DNA of 64,000 bases from Phallusia mammillata (GCA_965637545.1 OZ281501.1:12276001-12340000), one strand, 5' to 3'; positions 11,492-24,218 are shown, numbered from the stretch's first letter. The notes: generated by a model from the sequence alone, not told the origin. A program made the numbers and translations.

Positions 11492-14400
11492 AAAGCATCC
11501 CCGTCTTCGAAAGTTGTTTTCCTGTCTTGGTGTGCGCGTGTTTGCTTGTGCGTTTATGTTTCACCCTTTTCACCAACTTTAACCCACTCTACTGCCCCAC
11601 AAAACCAAACTCCCTTATTTATTTCGCCCAACCGCCGTTTGATTCTGTTTGTTTCTTTGTGAGTTCGCGGCAACGGAATAGAGACGTTTCCCGGGCCGAA
11701 GTTGTAAATACGAAAATGCCTGGACTTCATCATTGGTGCTGACTGTTGCCCCTTGCTGCTGGAGCTGCTATTACTAAGTGTGTTCTTGACCCCTTGGCGT
11801 GTGCGCTGGGGCGTTTATCTCAACAACTGCCTCCACAGCGACGACCCCGCCCCCCACACGCCCCCTCTAACCCTTCGCGTGGTCCCGCTTATGTGTTTAC
11901 GTTTTTTACCGTCGCGGTAGTATACGGTGATTGGACGGACTGATTGTGTTATTCTTTTCTTTTCCTTTGGTATCGGGGCCCGGCTTCAGACGGTATGGTC
12001 GCGTACCATTCGCTCGTCGTCGAAAATAAAAACCGCATCACAACCATGTGTCTTGCACTGATTAGGCCTGTTGAAACGAATTAGTGCAGTACCAGAAATA
12101 GATTTGGAAAGGTGTTTTGTAATCATCCTTCCAGGTTCCACAGCTAAACTCCATGGCAAAACTATCGTTACTGGTTAGTGGATACATTGCTTGCAGTGTC
12201 ACACTTTGAACAGTCTTCTAAATTTCAGTAACTTAATTTTTTACCAATAAGTGACCTAAAATGTTTGCCAATGCATCATAATGCTTAAACGAGTAAAGGT
12301 TTTTTTCTACAAATTGAGGCATGATGAAGACACGGACCAAAAACATTACAACACTACCACAACAGATTTATTGTGCTGATGTAAACAAAAATATAACGAG
12401 GCGTTTAGGGCACTTGGTCATCCCACAAACATGGTCATTTTATGTGTCCAAATTAAGTGGCCTCGCCTTGTAAGGTAAATTTAATGCACCCTATGAAGTC
12501 ATTTTAAACAATGGTTCAATAGTTGTTTTATTTTTACATGCCAAAAAATGCGTCATCAAATGTTCAAGCCTCCCTACATTAGCCTATGTGAAAAAACGAC
12601 GCATTCGTCATATTTAAATTTGCATTCATGTAAACGTAGCAGTAGTTTTTCACACTTGAAATACGCATTGTAGTATGCGCAATATATCACAACACTATGA
12701 AAAATGTTTATTTTGCCAAAATACCCTTCGTGGTTGACGCATAGTCGATTTTGCGGTCATGCCAAACTTCCGCAGTTGTTTGCTACGCAGCACATTTTTG
12801 AGCAGAAGCGTTTGTTTACATGTTGCGTCACCAGCTACCAGCTTGGCGCGTGCTTGTGTGACGCAGTCGTTGAGTAATCGGGGTAAGGACCCCCAACGTC
12901 AAAAAATATCCCCCCGTGGCATACACCGTTTCTCCTCCCATAGAAGGTATTGTTAGTTGCTTGGTTGGTCACTCAACCGCAATGGGACAAAATTATTTGG
13001 ACGTAAACAGCTTAAACGCCCGTTTTTTTCTCGTACTGTGATTTTCGTGAACAAACATCACAGGATGTTTTATCACACTCATCCAAATTTTGATTCTTAT
13101 TCATATGTTTTTTGGGGAAGTGAAAGTAAAGTACGTTGCGAATAAAATTGAAGATTGATGTAAGCTTTTTTTCCATTTTGAAACTAAGTGTAATGAATAA
13201 AAATTCCCAAAAGTTTGTATAACGAATGCTTGCGTTTTCAATATTTCCAAGCCACTTAGTATCTATAAAACATGTTGAAATTCTTTACATTTTGATCGAA
13301 ATTAGTCACATTGACTTAGGCCTACAGCTATGAACAAATCTTTGATATTCAAAATTTGATAGCGGAAATTTAGGTACATCATATATTAATTAAAACTTCT
13401 TTTTATTGATAACTGTTCGTTACAAGTAAATTTCCTGAAACATGGTTATTAAACACTTGTCAAATAAATTAACGCAAGACCGCTGTTAGCCGTCAGGTAT
13501 TTTATTTCGGTTCTTGCATTTGCTTTAGTCCATATTCCGTGTGCTTGGCATTTAGCGTTTCAAATGGATTGCGGTGGCCTTTTTCAAATAAGGCTACAAT
13601 TACGTTGATTGTTTCTAACAACCTATGCGACGTCATCTGTAAAACGCCCATTTTTGGAGCCTGATTACTTTGAATTTAAGTTACGCAATCTCTCAGGAAT
13701 AATCTATGGTCACTGTGCACTTGGAGGTATTTTTATTTAACCACATTTTTATATTTCCGTGACCAGTATACCTTACATATAATTTTTAAACCGCGTATTT
13801 GATCGGTGATCTAAAAATATTACCGGAATTTCTATAAGTTCCTGAAGCACGACTTAAAAAGGTGCCAAGCTTTGAGTAACGCTACAATAAAAGGAAATGA
13901 TGATGTATAGTTCAAGATGTCGTAGTGTCAATTGTAATTCGTTTGTTGCGTAAACCCACGTGCTTGAGTCCTAGTGTGGCAAGAACCTTACACGACGAGA
14001 AATTACTTCACATCCACTTATTCGATTAAGAGCGGAAATGAGTTTAAAATACCTTGTACTATTTTGCAGTTTCCGTTAGTTTGTGTCACTTTTGCATTTT
14101 TTTCCATTGTTCCAAATTTTATAGCAGTAGACTTTGTTTGTGCGTGTTTTTAATTTGCCTATCAAACAAAATTCAAACACTTTTCTAAAAATGCAAGCAA
14201 GTAAGTAATTTGAAAAAAAATATTGCAAAATAAGTTTAAAAAAAATCTGTTATTTATTTACCATGAAAAGTTATAAATGAATAGAAAAACAAATGAAAAA
14301 TAGATACTCATAAAAAAATATTAGTCATTGACTTTGATCTGACTCTTTGAAATCGCAGATATACAGCAAATATTTTTTCTCCATACAGTAAAAAGTACAA

Positions 14401-16178
14401 ACTGCTGCAAAAATAGCCAGAAAGTTTTTTTCCTTCTTTCTTTGAGAAAAACTGTTCACCTCGCTTCTAATACATTTCTCATTGCTGGGGGTGACTCACT
14501 TTTGACAAGAAGAATTTGTTTTGGAGCCGAGCGTCGGGTACCGTTTGATTGACTTCGGGTGAACTATTTTTAGGCGACTCTATTTTTTGCCGTCTTGTTT
14601 TTTCCGAAATATAATTGGTCGGGAATTTTTGATTCGTAACCGCGAGCCCCAGTCGCGCGAGTGCGTAAAACAAGCACAGCTATCGGTATTTTTATGCCTA
14701 TCGATGACACACCTGTTCAAATGCGCTCAGAATTTGCCTTTTTGAGAAACATGGCCCTTTGAAAAATCGGTTAAGCTTGTCTCGAGGCATTTTGTCTGTC
14801 ATATTTTTTTTGTCGCACAAAAACCGACAACAAAGTAATTTATTCATTTTTTATTATAGAAACATGTACATGTATTTATAGCAGTAATTGAAAAAGTTAT
14901 CTAAGCTCTTTTTTAAAATTTTTTGGCGGTATAAAAATAGTTTAAATATAAAAATTCCCAGAATGTTACTAAAGTTTTGTAAACATCGCCGGTTTATACG
15001 TGACGTAGAATAGGACACACTGCATCACAATCTTTTTGTCAATCTCTCCGCCCAACCCGATCTGTCACGTAGTTATCGTATTCCCTTATCGCCAAACCAC
15101 GAAAAGTAGTAAAACGTCCATAAACGTCTGAATTGCGATATTTTTCGACCCACAAAACTCCGTCATATCAACTGTAATCATCGCATTGACAAGATGGTAG
15201 CGCAAAATCTTCGCTTCAAAGGAGAAAATGTTTTGTCAAGTCCGCGGTTTGCTTTCGATTTTGATGCATATTCGCCATGGCGAGAATTTGGAAAATGACT
15301 ACCGTTCTCTACCGCAACAACCGTTCAATGGATTAGTCGTCGGTAGGAACATACCACTTTTTAGGTGGGAGAAACGCATAGACATTAATACAGTGATTTC
15401 TGAGTGTAAGTCTTAATGTATGTACGGCTTAGATTTCCGTGTCACCGACTTACACCTGTGACTCAAGTTATGAAAATATTACAAGGTCAACGTCCATATC
15501 CTTAAACGATGCAGTCATAACGATGAGTTGAAAACTAATTCCATTTTGTAACAAACAAATGAAGCGTCATCTTGACTTTGTGATAAAAATATCTGGTTAT
15601 TCGAAAAACAAATATTTCCTCAAACGCAAACACTGGTGTGCATTAAAATTCCAACTGTATAAATTCCTGATTTAAGTTTTTCAATTTTACCACCTGTTTC
15701 GTTAATTGGTAACTTCAAAAATACATGAAGATATTTTTGCTGTAAAACTTGGGTTTAATCGGCCGCCGGCATAATAGGTAAATAAAGGCGCATGGGTATG
15801 CCGAGTGGTCCACTTGTCTCAGATTGGAATGTTTGTTTGGTAAATTAGTGATAAGTATGCACGGCGCTATGCTATTTTCTCCTGGGCTGTACGAGACGTG
15901 ACATTATCTCAATCGCTTCAAGAACCTATCATCACTTTCAGTTTGGTTCGGGACTCCACCTGTGGCCAATTTAGACTGGCCTGCAACTAATATAGCTTTT
16001 TGTGCTTTATTTGGATGTGCATGCATATTTTTATCCAGCTTTTTATGAAACGGTAATTAACGTGGATTGTAAGACACTGTGTTTAACAACGGAAAGTTTG
16101 TGACAACATTTTTAGCGATATGTTAATAGAAAATGACTTGGAATTGGGTATATGTCGAAACCAACCACTTAAGCAGAC

Positions 16179-16593
16179 CAGAGTTGCAAGTCGGGCCGGG
16201 CTTTTCGGGCCGGGTTCGGGCCGGGTTCGGGCTTAGGTATTTGTCAGAAAACGGGCTCAAAACGGGCCTGACTTTAGGTTCCGTTTCCGCCATTTTTTAG
16301 TAACAATTTTTTGGCTTTGACCTAATGCCCACCCTACTCTAAAACGTATTGTTTACCCCATTGTCTGCTATTGTTTATTGTGTTTGTTGTCTTTTCTGTT
16401 TTTTTCTTTCTCATACTTTGTTGCAAGGCTTTCGTGGATAGGCCTGTCAATCAAAATTTCGGGCCTAAACGGGCTTCTCAAAAACGTTTCGGGTTCGGGT
16501 CGGGCTTCGGGCTTATACTTTCGGGTTCGGGCCGGGTTCGGGCCGGGTTCGGGCCAGGTTCGGGCTTAGATTTCGGGCCCGCTTGCAACTCTG
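16179..16593. mobile_element. hAT-type MITE (415 bp) with TCGGGC-rich subterminal repeats
   Basis: TIR CAGAGTTGCAAG (16179-16190) and CTTGCAACTCTG (16582-16593). Perfect 8-bp TSD AAGCAGAC (16171-16178, 16594-16601). Arrays of TTCGGGCCGGG near both ends. Confidence 0.9.
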
Positions 16594-17319
16594 AAGCAGA
16601 CACGATTTTGTAATAGCCAGTCATTTGCATTTAACGATTTTAATAACAATGCAAAAACTTGTACCAGTTGGAACTTATTTGTGTTCTTGGTGATTATTGA
16701 CCGTTTGAAATCTCAGTTTTCGGGTTAGGTCAAATTGTTTGGACAGTACGCTTACAAATCTGAAAACAGTTTATCGATACTGTTTGTCATAACAGATTGC
16801 GTATTTTGGTGGTTGATGTCCACTATATGCAAATTGTGCATAACGTGCTGTTTTTCATAAGAAGGATATTTCAAAATTCTTGGCGCAGATTTTTGAAACT
16901 TTTCCAACTTTGCTGGTTGACGTCACGGGATGACAATGGATCTTTTAGTTATGTCAGGATTCAGAAAAACACTTTTAAATTAAAACAAGTTGCTGCGAAG
17001 ATATATATTTAAATCCCAAACTATCTACGTAAAGTTATTCTAAGTTAATACGAACAAATGCACGAACGAATCGAGACTTAAACGATTGCCTATCATTTGA
17101 TCATTTACCAAAACGAACAGACAAAATTACGTGAACAGCAAAAACATGCCTCTCGCGCAGTATGTGCTAACTTGGGCCTTAGCAATCAGTAACTTCACGG
17201 CTTACAACACGTAGGGAAAATCCCCTATTCCAATTATTGTATACAACAACTTATTTTGGCAAAACGCTATTTTGAAGTACCATTGGCACAGGCTGCAAAA
17301 GAAAGGGGATTTCCATAGC

Positions 17320-17982
17320 TGTTACATCTTATTTGCCAGTAATTGCAGATTTCTATAGATTCCCGCATTTCCTCAGTACAACTTGTGTTGTAATCTATTG
17401 CGTTGTGTGACGTAACAATGGACTGCCAGTTTTGTGTGATAACGCAACGTGGTTTAGTTCTTTTCGTTGCTGACTTCCGTGGAGCACGGTGCTGCGTCGG
17501 TTGAATTAGAAAAGGCTATTTATTGTCGTGTTGACGATTATTGTATTTCTGTTTTATCTTCACGTGAAGCGTGACTTATTCTGTACTGTCGCCAAACATA
17601 GCTTGGTAAGAACTGTGTGTGACGTCATAAAGGCGCAGTGTGGTGACATATGTTATTGTATGTTTAGGTGTGTACCAGTAATTGATGCGAGTTGAATACC
17701 CGTGCTATTTACTCTCTCCGGTTACCACAACAGTTGGTAAGATTTGTGCTATATTTCTGCATTTAAAGCGCAGTGTGTTAATGTCATGCTTTATGCAGAA
17801 ACCGTTTCCTATACGTTTCCTATTCGTTTTCATCGTCCTACATTCAAAGAATTCGCCTAATAAGATCAGCAAAACATCTATCTGTGTGGACTGGTTGTTG
17901 GAGGCTATTAGGAATCGCGTTTCAATTCTCTCCTCGTGTGACGTTCCGCGCTATAACCGGGGCGCGTTCACGGGACGTTACA
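17320..17982 (+). repeat. 5' LTR of BEL/Pao element
   Basis: Direct repeat of 24219-24881 with TG...CA termini. Confidence 0.97.
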
Positions 17983-17985
17983 TGA

Positions 17986-18168
17986 AAGTTTCAACTGGCT
18001 GTTGAAGACAATCTGCAGTTGAAATCAAGTTTCAACTGCTTCCTGCAAGAAAGTTTCAACTGTTGTTGAACACAACTCTGCAGTTGAAATCAAGTTTCAA
18101 CTGTTCGTTGAACAGAACAATACAGTTGAAATCAAGTTTCAACTGCTTCTTGAAATAAGCTTCAACTG
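17986..18168 (+). repeat. Leader repeat array: six AAG(T/C)TTCAACTG cores, including three exact 23-bp palindromes CAGTTGAAA-TCAAG-TTTCAACTG
   Basis: Cores start at 17986, 18027, 18051, 18092, 18134 and 18157. Palindromes at 18016-18038, 18081-18103 and 18123-18145. Confidence 0.9.
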
Positions 18169-18217
18169 TGTGTTGAAGATCAGTTTAACCGTTTGTTAAA
18201 TATTTAAGCGGTCGAAG

Positions 18218-21200
18218 ATGAGCCAATCAAACGTTACAACTCCTGAAGCGATCGCTGACTGTCGTCGACGTCTAGATGATCAATATCTAGCCGCCGAGTG
18301 TCTGATGAAGGACCACCGCAACAAACAGGTGCTCGAGACGATCTTGGTTGCGCTTGAACACCTTTTTTGTGGATGCTGTTGCTGTCTACGAGGCGCATCC
18401 CGATCTTGCCGCCGAACTAGCTAGCGTGAGGAAAAACAAGGCCGAATTTGATGACCGAGTTTCTCACTGGATTCGTGAGGTAAATTCTCCATCTAGCATT
18501 GCTTTACCTGTTAACATAGCTAGTCCGGGTGGAAGTGGTGATAAGAGTCCAAGGGACAACGACTCCTTCTGCGGACGAAGTAGGCGATCTAGTTCTTCCA
18601 CTAACAGTAGAACTAGAGTTAAAGTTACTACGCAGCTTGCGCGTCTTGCTATTCAACAGACAGCGCAGAAGCAGGAGCTAGCCAGACAGCACGAAGTAAT
18701 GAAACGGCAAACCGATATACTACGCGCAGAAGAGAACATGCGACGCGCAGAAGAAGACAGACGTCGCGCCGAAGAAGAAATTCGTCGTGCTGAAGAAGAA
18801 CAGCGTCAAAGGGACAAAATGGAAATGCTGGAACTGCAGCACCAGCTCCAAGCCGCAGAGGTTGAAGAGAAAGTTTGGGACGAGATGTCAGGAAACACGG
18901 AGTACGTGACGGTGAAGGAAGGTTCTGGTAAATCGACCACGCCTCCCCCGGAGGAGCCGCTCGGGGATCAACGTCGCGTGTTGTTCACGTCACCGCCTGT
19001 CACGTCGCAGAGAAGCCCTCCTGACCAGCGGTATGTGGTTGACTATGTTGCTCCGTCAGATCCCCTGTCCCAATATGCGCCTAAATTTAAATCTTCGGTT
19101 GATGAGAAAGGTTCTTTCACCGCAACAAACCCAATTGTAAGTAATTCTTGTATATATGGTTCAGTCAAGCCAACTGGCGTACATGACAATGAGATTGCAT
19201 CGCTTGTGAAGCACATAAACAGACCAAAGCCTAAAGTTCTCGTTTTTGACGGCAATCCAATGGACTATTGGAAGTTTGTCCGCAATTTTGATTCTCGTAT
19301 CGACGACAAGGTCGATGACGACGGTGCCAAATTGTCATATTTGGCGCAGCATTGTGATGGCAAAGCCCGTAAATTGATTGAACACTGCTTTAGACTAAAG
19401 GTAAACGGGTACCAACAAGCGAGACAGTTACTGTACGACCACTTTGGCAAGTCACACATAATCGCTCATGCATGTGTGAGGTGTGTTGTCAACGGTCCAG
19501 AATTGCGACCGAACGATGCTGCTGGTTTAAGCGAGTTTGCGCAGTCGCTGCGCGATTGTTTACTTACACTTTCAGACATTGACGAGCATTCCGAGATGAA
19601 TAATTACCCTACGTTGATTGCTGTTGTGAATCGTCTACCGTTTAAGATGCAGGAGGCTTGGAAACGGCGTGTTGAGAAAATCCTCAGAGATACTGGCCGT
19701 GAACCTTTGTTTGAACATCTTGTCGACTTTGTGGAAACTGAGGATCGGATTGCAAATTCGTTGTTCAGCCGCATGCTCGATGAGCATCGCAACGAAGCTA
19801 AGAAGGCGAAAGGTAAAAGTAGTCATGTAAAGGCTTCCAGTCATGTCGTTGTAAGCGAACAAGAATCTAGGCCGAAGGTTCGTGCCGGACCTTCCCATTT
19901 TCCCACTACCCCGTTGTGCCAGTGCTGTTCGGGAAACCACGTGCTTGCTAAGTGCGAGGAATTTAAATCCCTACCTTACCGCGATCGTCTGCGCGTCACC
20001 CGGCGCCGTAGACTCTGTGATAATTGTTTCAGATTTGGGCACTTTGCCACTAAGTGCAACAGCCCCAAAGCGTGTACCGTCAGGGACTGCAATGAAGCCC
20101 ATCACACCTTATTGCATCCGCCAGAGAAGAGAGAGGGCGAGTCTCCTGTCAAAGGACCTGCGCCGGAACGGACAGTTTGTTCGGTTGTGTCGGCGATTGG
20201 AAAGAACTGTCATGCTTCCTCCGGTAGACAGAGCGTCAACTTGATGATGGTTGCGGTCAAAGTCAGTGCTAACGGTAGGACTGTTGATACTTACGCTCTT
20301 TTAGATACTGGCTCGGGCATTACCTTGTGCGACAAGAAACTGACAGATAAGCTTGGGCTGCAAGGTGAACCTAGCAACGTGACGCTTAAAACGATCAACG
20401 GGAACAGTCGCAAGCGCGAGGGCGAAAGAGTGAATTTATCTGTTGCTTCGCTCGATGGCTCTACAACAGTGGAACTTCCTGAGGTTTTCGCTGTTGATTG
20501 TTTGCCTATCACCGCCAACAAGTTTCCGAGAAACGCGGAATTGGATGCACTGCCACATATTAGAGACCTGTCATTCCCACAGGTAGATTGCAGTGAAGCT
20601 TTGTTGCTCATCGGGCTAGACGTTCCAGAGGCCTTTCTCGTGCAAGAGGTACGGAAGGGAAAATCGAAGCAACCTATTGCATTCAGGGTTCCACTTGGAT
20701 GGGCATTGGCAGGACCTGTCTCTAACAAGTCAACTGATTTGTTTTCCGTCAACTTTACTCAAGTTGCCAATGATTCGCTGCACGAGAAGTTAGAGCGAAT
20801 GTGGAAGACCGACTTTCAAGATACCAACGCCGACGCGATGCCTATGTCGCGTGAAGACCGTTACGTATTGGATAAAATGAAAACTAGTGTGCAATTCAAG
20901 CAAGGTCATTATGAGTTGCCGTTGCCATGGCGCCCGAACGCACAACCGCTTCGGTGCAACCAGGACATGGCGCTAAACCGTTTGGGTTCTTTAGAACGTC
21001 GCCTGAGACGCGACGCCGTGCTACGTGATGCGTATACAAAGACGGTACAGGGTTACATAGCTAAAGGCTATGCCGAAGAAGTTCCAAATGAGGAACAGTC
21101 TGCAGAGGTAGTATGGTACCTGCCGCATCACCCTGTCACAAATCCACACAAGCCCGGAAAGGTGCGGGTAGTTTTTGACTGTGCTGCCAAATACCGCGAC

Positions 21201-24125
21201 CAGTCGTTGAATGATGCTTTACTCCAGGGTCCGGATCTGACCAATTCCTTAGTAGGAGTTCTATCAAGGTTTCGGATGGAAAGGGTAGCTCTTGTGGCCG
21301 ACGTGGAGGCCATGTTTCATCAGATCCGTGTGAAGCTGACAGATTGTGATGCACTTCGGTTCTTGTGGTGGCCCGATGGCGATGTGTCGAAGAAGCCCAC
21401 CGCACACAGGATGCTTGTTCATTTGTTTGGAGCAACTTCTTCCCCTTCCTGTGCGAGTTTTTGTCTTAAACAAGCCGCTGATGATTTGCGAAGCGAATTT
21501 CCAAAGGAAGTCGTCGAGACGGTAGAAAAGAATTTCTACGTTGACGACTGTTTAAAATCCGTGTCGACTGAAGCAGAAGCAGTTCAGTTGGTCAAAGGTA
21601 TCTGTGCACTTCTCAAGAAGAAGGGATTTCGGCTAACCAAGTGGCTTAGCAACAGCGAGCGAGTTCTCGCGTCTATTGATGAAGAGGAACGGGCTAAATC
21701 GGTGAAGGAGCTGGACGTGGATGGTTCCTCCTGCGAGAGGGTACTTGGTGTTCGATGGAACGTTTCGTCGGACGAGTTCGGTTTCAATGTCGATGTAAAG
21801 CAGCCTACAGCCTACACCAGAAGGTCAATCCTGTCGGTGGTAAGTTCCTTATACGATCCTCTTGGCTTTGCAGCGCCCGTGATCGTGGTGGCCAAGACGA
21901 TGCAAAGAGATCTCTGCAGAAAGCAGCTGGGATGGGATGACGTTCTTTCCGATGAAGACTCCGAATCGTGGGCAAAATGGTTGCAGCAACTACCGCGGTT
22001 AGGAGGCGTCGTTCTGCCTAGATGCGTGAAGCCCCACGATTTTGGTAAGGTGCGAAAAACGGAATTGCACCATTTTGCAGATGCGTCATCCACAGCTTAC
22101 GGCGCGGTGACCTATCTGAGGCTGGTAGACGAGCAAGGACGCATTCACTGCTCGTTTTTAATAGGCAAGGCACGCGTTGCCCCCCTGAAGACATGTTCGA
22201 TTCCCCGCCTGGAGCTGACGGCGGCCGTTGTTGCAGCCAAGTTGGATCGACTTGTGAGAAAGGAGCTGCAACTGGACGAATGCCAATCCGTGTTCTGGAC
22301 GGATTCGACTGCGGTTCTTCAAAGTATTCGCAACTGCAATAAGCGCTTCCCAGTGTTCGTTGCAAATCGCTTGGCCAAAATCGAGGATGTTTCCCGGCCT
22401 AGTCAATGGAGACACGTCAGCACCAAGGTAAATCCAGCGGACGAGGCGTCTCGTGGACTCAGTGTGAATAAATTCCTTAGGTCCAGCCGATGGCTTACTG
22501 GACCCCAGTTTCTTTGGGAACAAGAAGATACATGGCCTTCATGCCCAGACTTGTCGTCATTGCCAATCGAATTTCTTTTGATAAAGAAAGAAACTCAAAC
22601 CGTTTGTCTGGTCACCAGCGAGTCCGCTACGGATCGACTCATTGCGAGATACTCATCACTCAATCGGCTGAAAAGGGCTGTAAGCTGGTTGCTCAGATTC
22701 AAATCGATGTTGATGTCAAGGAGGTTTCCTGCCAAGTATAAAGTACCTACTGGGCAACTGACCGTTGTTGAACTCAAGGCTGCCGAGCTTGAGATTGTAA
22801 AGTATGTACAGAGACGAAGTTTCCCGGACGTTATCGCTGCGATGTCAAAGGCCAAAGGAGAAGACGTTCGTTTACCAAAGAAAAAGAGGGCTCTTGGAAA
22901 GCTCAACCCAATTCTAGTCGATGGAGTTATGAGAGTTGGTGGAAGGATCGAGCGTGCGTGTGTCGAGTTCGATGTTAAACATCCTATGATTCTTCCATAC
23001 GACCATCGGTTTACCGACCTGGTGATTATGCAACAGCATGACGAGGTTGGCCATTCTGGAATGGGACACACGTGGTCGTCTCTCAGGCAACGCTACTGGA
23101 TCATCAAAGGAGGGGTAGCAGTTCGGCGTGTTCTTGGACAGTGTGTTTCCTGTCGCCGAAGAAATGGCCCCCTGGGCAAACAGATGATGGCAGACCTTCC
23201 TGCTGCGAGACTGCAGGCCAATAAGCCGCCGTTCTCGGTGGTCGGTGTCGACTACTTTGGACCTTTCCTTGTGAAGCAAGGACGAAGTGAGGTAAAGAGG
23301 TACGGGTGCATCTTTACTTGTTTTTCCACCAGGGCCGCGCACATTGAGATTGCGCATTCACTGTCTACGGACTCCTTTATTGGAGCTCTCCGACGTTTTA
23401 TCGGTCGTCGAGGACGGCCAGACCAGATCTACAGCGACAACGGCACAAACTTCGTTGGAGCTGAGCGCATCCTGCGCGAAGAGCTGAACAGGTGGAATCA
23501 AAAGCAGATCTACAAATATCTGCAACAACGTGATATTGCGTGGAGCTTCAATCCTCCCACTGCCAGCCACATGGGTGGGGTTTGGGAGCGAATGATACGC
23601 TCTGTGCGCAAAATTCTCAACGCTCTGCTTTCGGAGCAGACATTGTCCGATGAGAAACTGATGACGCTGATGGTGGAGGTCGAGGCCATCCTGAACTCTC
23701 GTCCCTTGGTTCCGGTGACGTTCGATTCGAAGGATGAGGAGCCCCTTACACCAAATCACCTACTGCTGCAACGTGCAGCGCCGAATATGCCCCCTGGACT
23801 GTTTACGGGGAAGGACTGTTTCCATCGTAACCGTTGGCGCCAAGTACAATACTTGGCCGACCAATTTTGGCGGCGATGGTCGCGCGAGTACCTGCCGACG
23901 CTAATGCCCAGATCGAAGTGGGCAAATGGACATTCTAATTTCACGGTCGGCGACATTGTGCTTGTAGCGGATGATAATCAGCCTAGGAGCAAATGGCTTC
24001 TGGGACGCGTGACCGATGTGCTTCCTGATCGGAAGGGAGTAGTGCGTCAGGTGATCGTCAAGACTCACACTGGAGCACTCAGACGCCCAATTGCAAAATT
24101 GTGCTTGCTATGCCGCGATGCGTGA
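18218..24125 (+). CDS. BEL/Pao Gag-PR-RT-RNase H-IN polyprotein (about 1970 aa), with a +1 frame break at about 18363-18368
   Basis: The 1925-aa open frame contains three Cys/His knuckles (CQCCSGNHVLAKC, CDNCFRFGHFATKC, CTVRDCNEAHHTLLH), protease LLDTGS, RT YVDD, RNase H LHHFADASSTAYGAV, integrase HHCC (HDEVGH..CVSC) and core motifs DYFGP/SDNGTNF/GVWE. The PR-RT-RH-IN order and C-terminal W..EYLP..R.KW segment are typical of BEL/Pao. The ATG at 18218 is in a different frame and joins at the T6 run. Confidence 0.95.
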
Positions 24126-24209
24126 TTAGTTGTTTATTTTTTGTGTTCGCAATTACTGCCGATGTTTGTGTGTTGTGTTGTAAATGTACTCCTTGGATTC
24201 GTACATTGT

Positions 24210-24218
24210 GGGGGGGTA
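24210..24218 (+). promoter_or_regulatory. Polypurine tract of BEL/Pao element
   Basis: GGGGGGGTA immediately before the 3' LTR. Confidence 0.8.

Noticed and set aside
15790-15960. A-box-like TATGCCGAGTGG and B-box-like GGTTCGGGACTCC suggesting a tRNA or SINE
   Set aside because: The boxes are about 140 bp apart, with no cloverleaf, poly(T) terminator or TSD.
11492-17300. Search for a downstream 4E-BP gene (vertebrate ANKHD1-EIF4EBP3 read-through) or any other gene
   Set aside because: No 4E-BP-like exons or other credible coding sequence seen.
17682-18005. 107-aa ORF, and its 127-aa twin at 24581-24964
   Set aside because: They lie inside the two LTRs, start at a non-ATG codon and show no recognisable domain; chance open frames.
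17986-18168. CRISPR-like array (palindromic repeats with intervening sequence)
   Set aside because: The context is a eukaryotic retrotransposon leader. The spacers are unequal (42 and 19 bp) and built from the same repeat motifs, and there are no cas genes.
19043-23956. Many minus-strand and alternative-frame ORFs of 60-160 aa
   Set aside because: Shadows of the long BEL polyprotein frame, with no independent coding signature.
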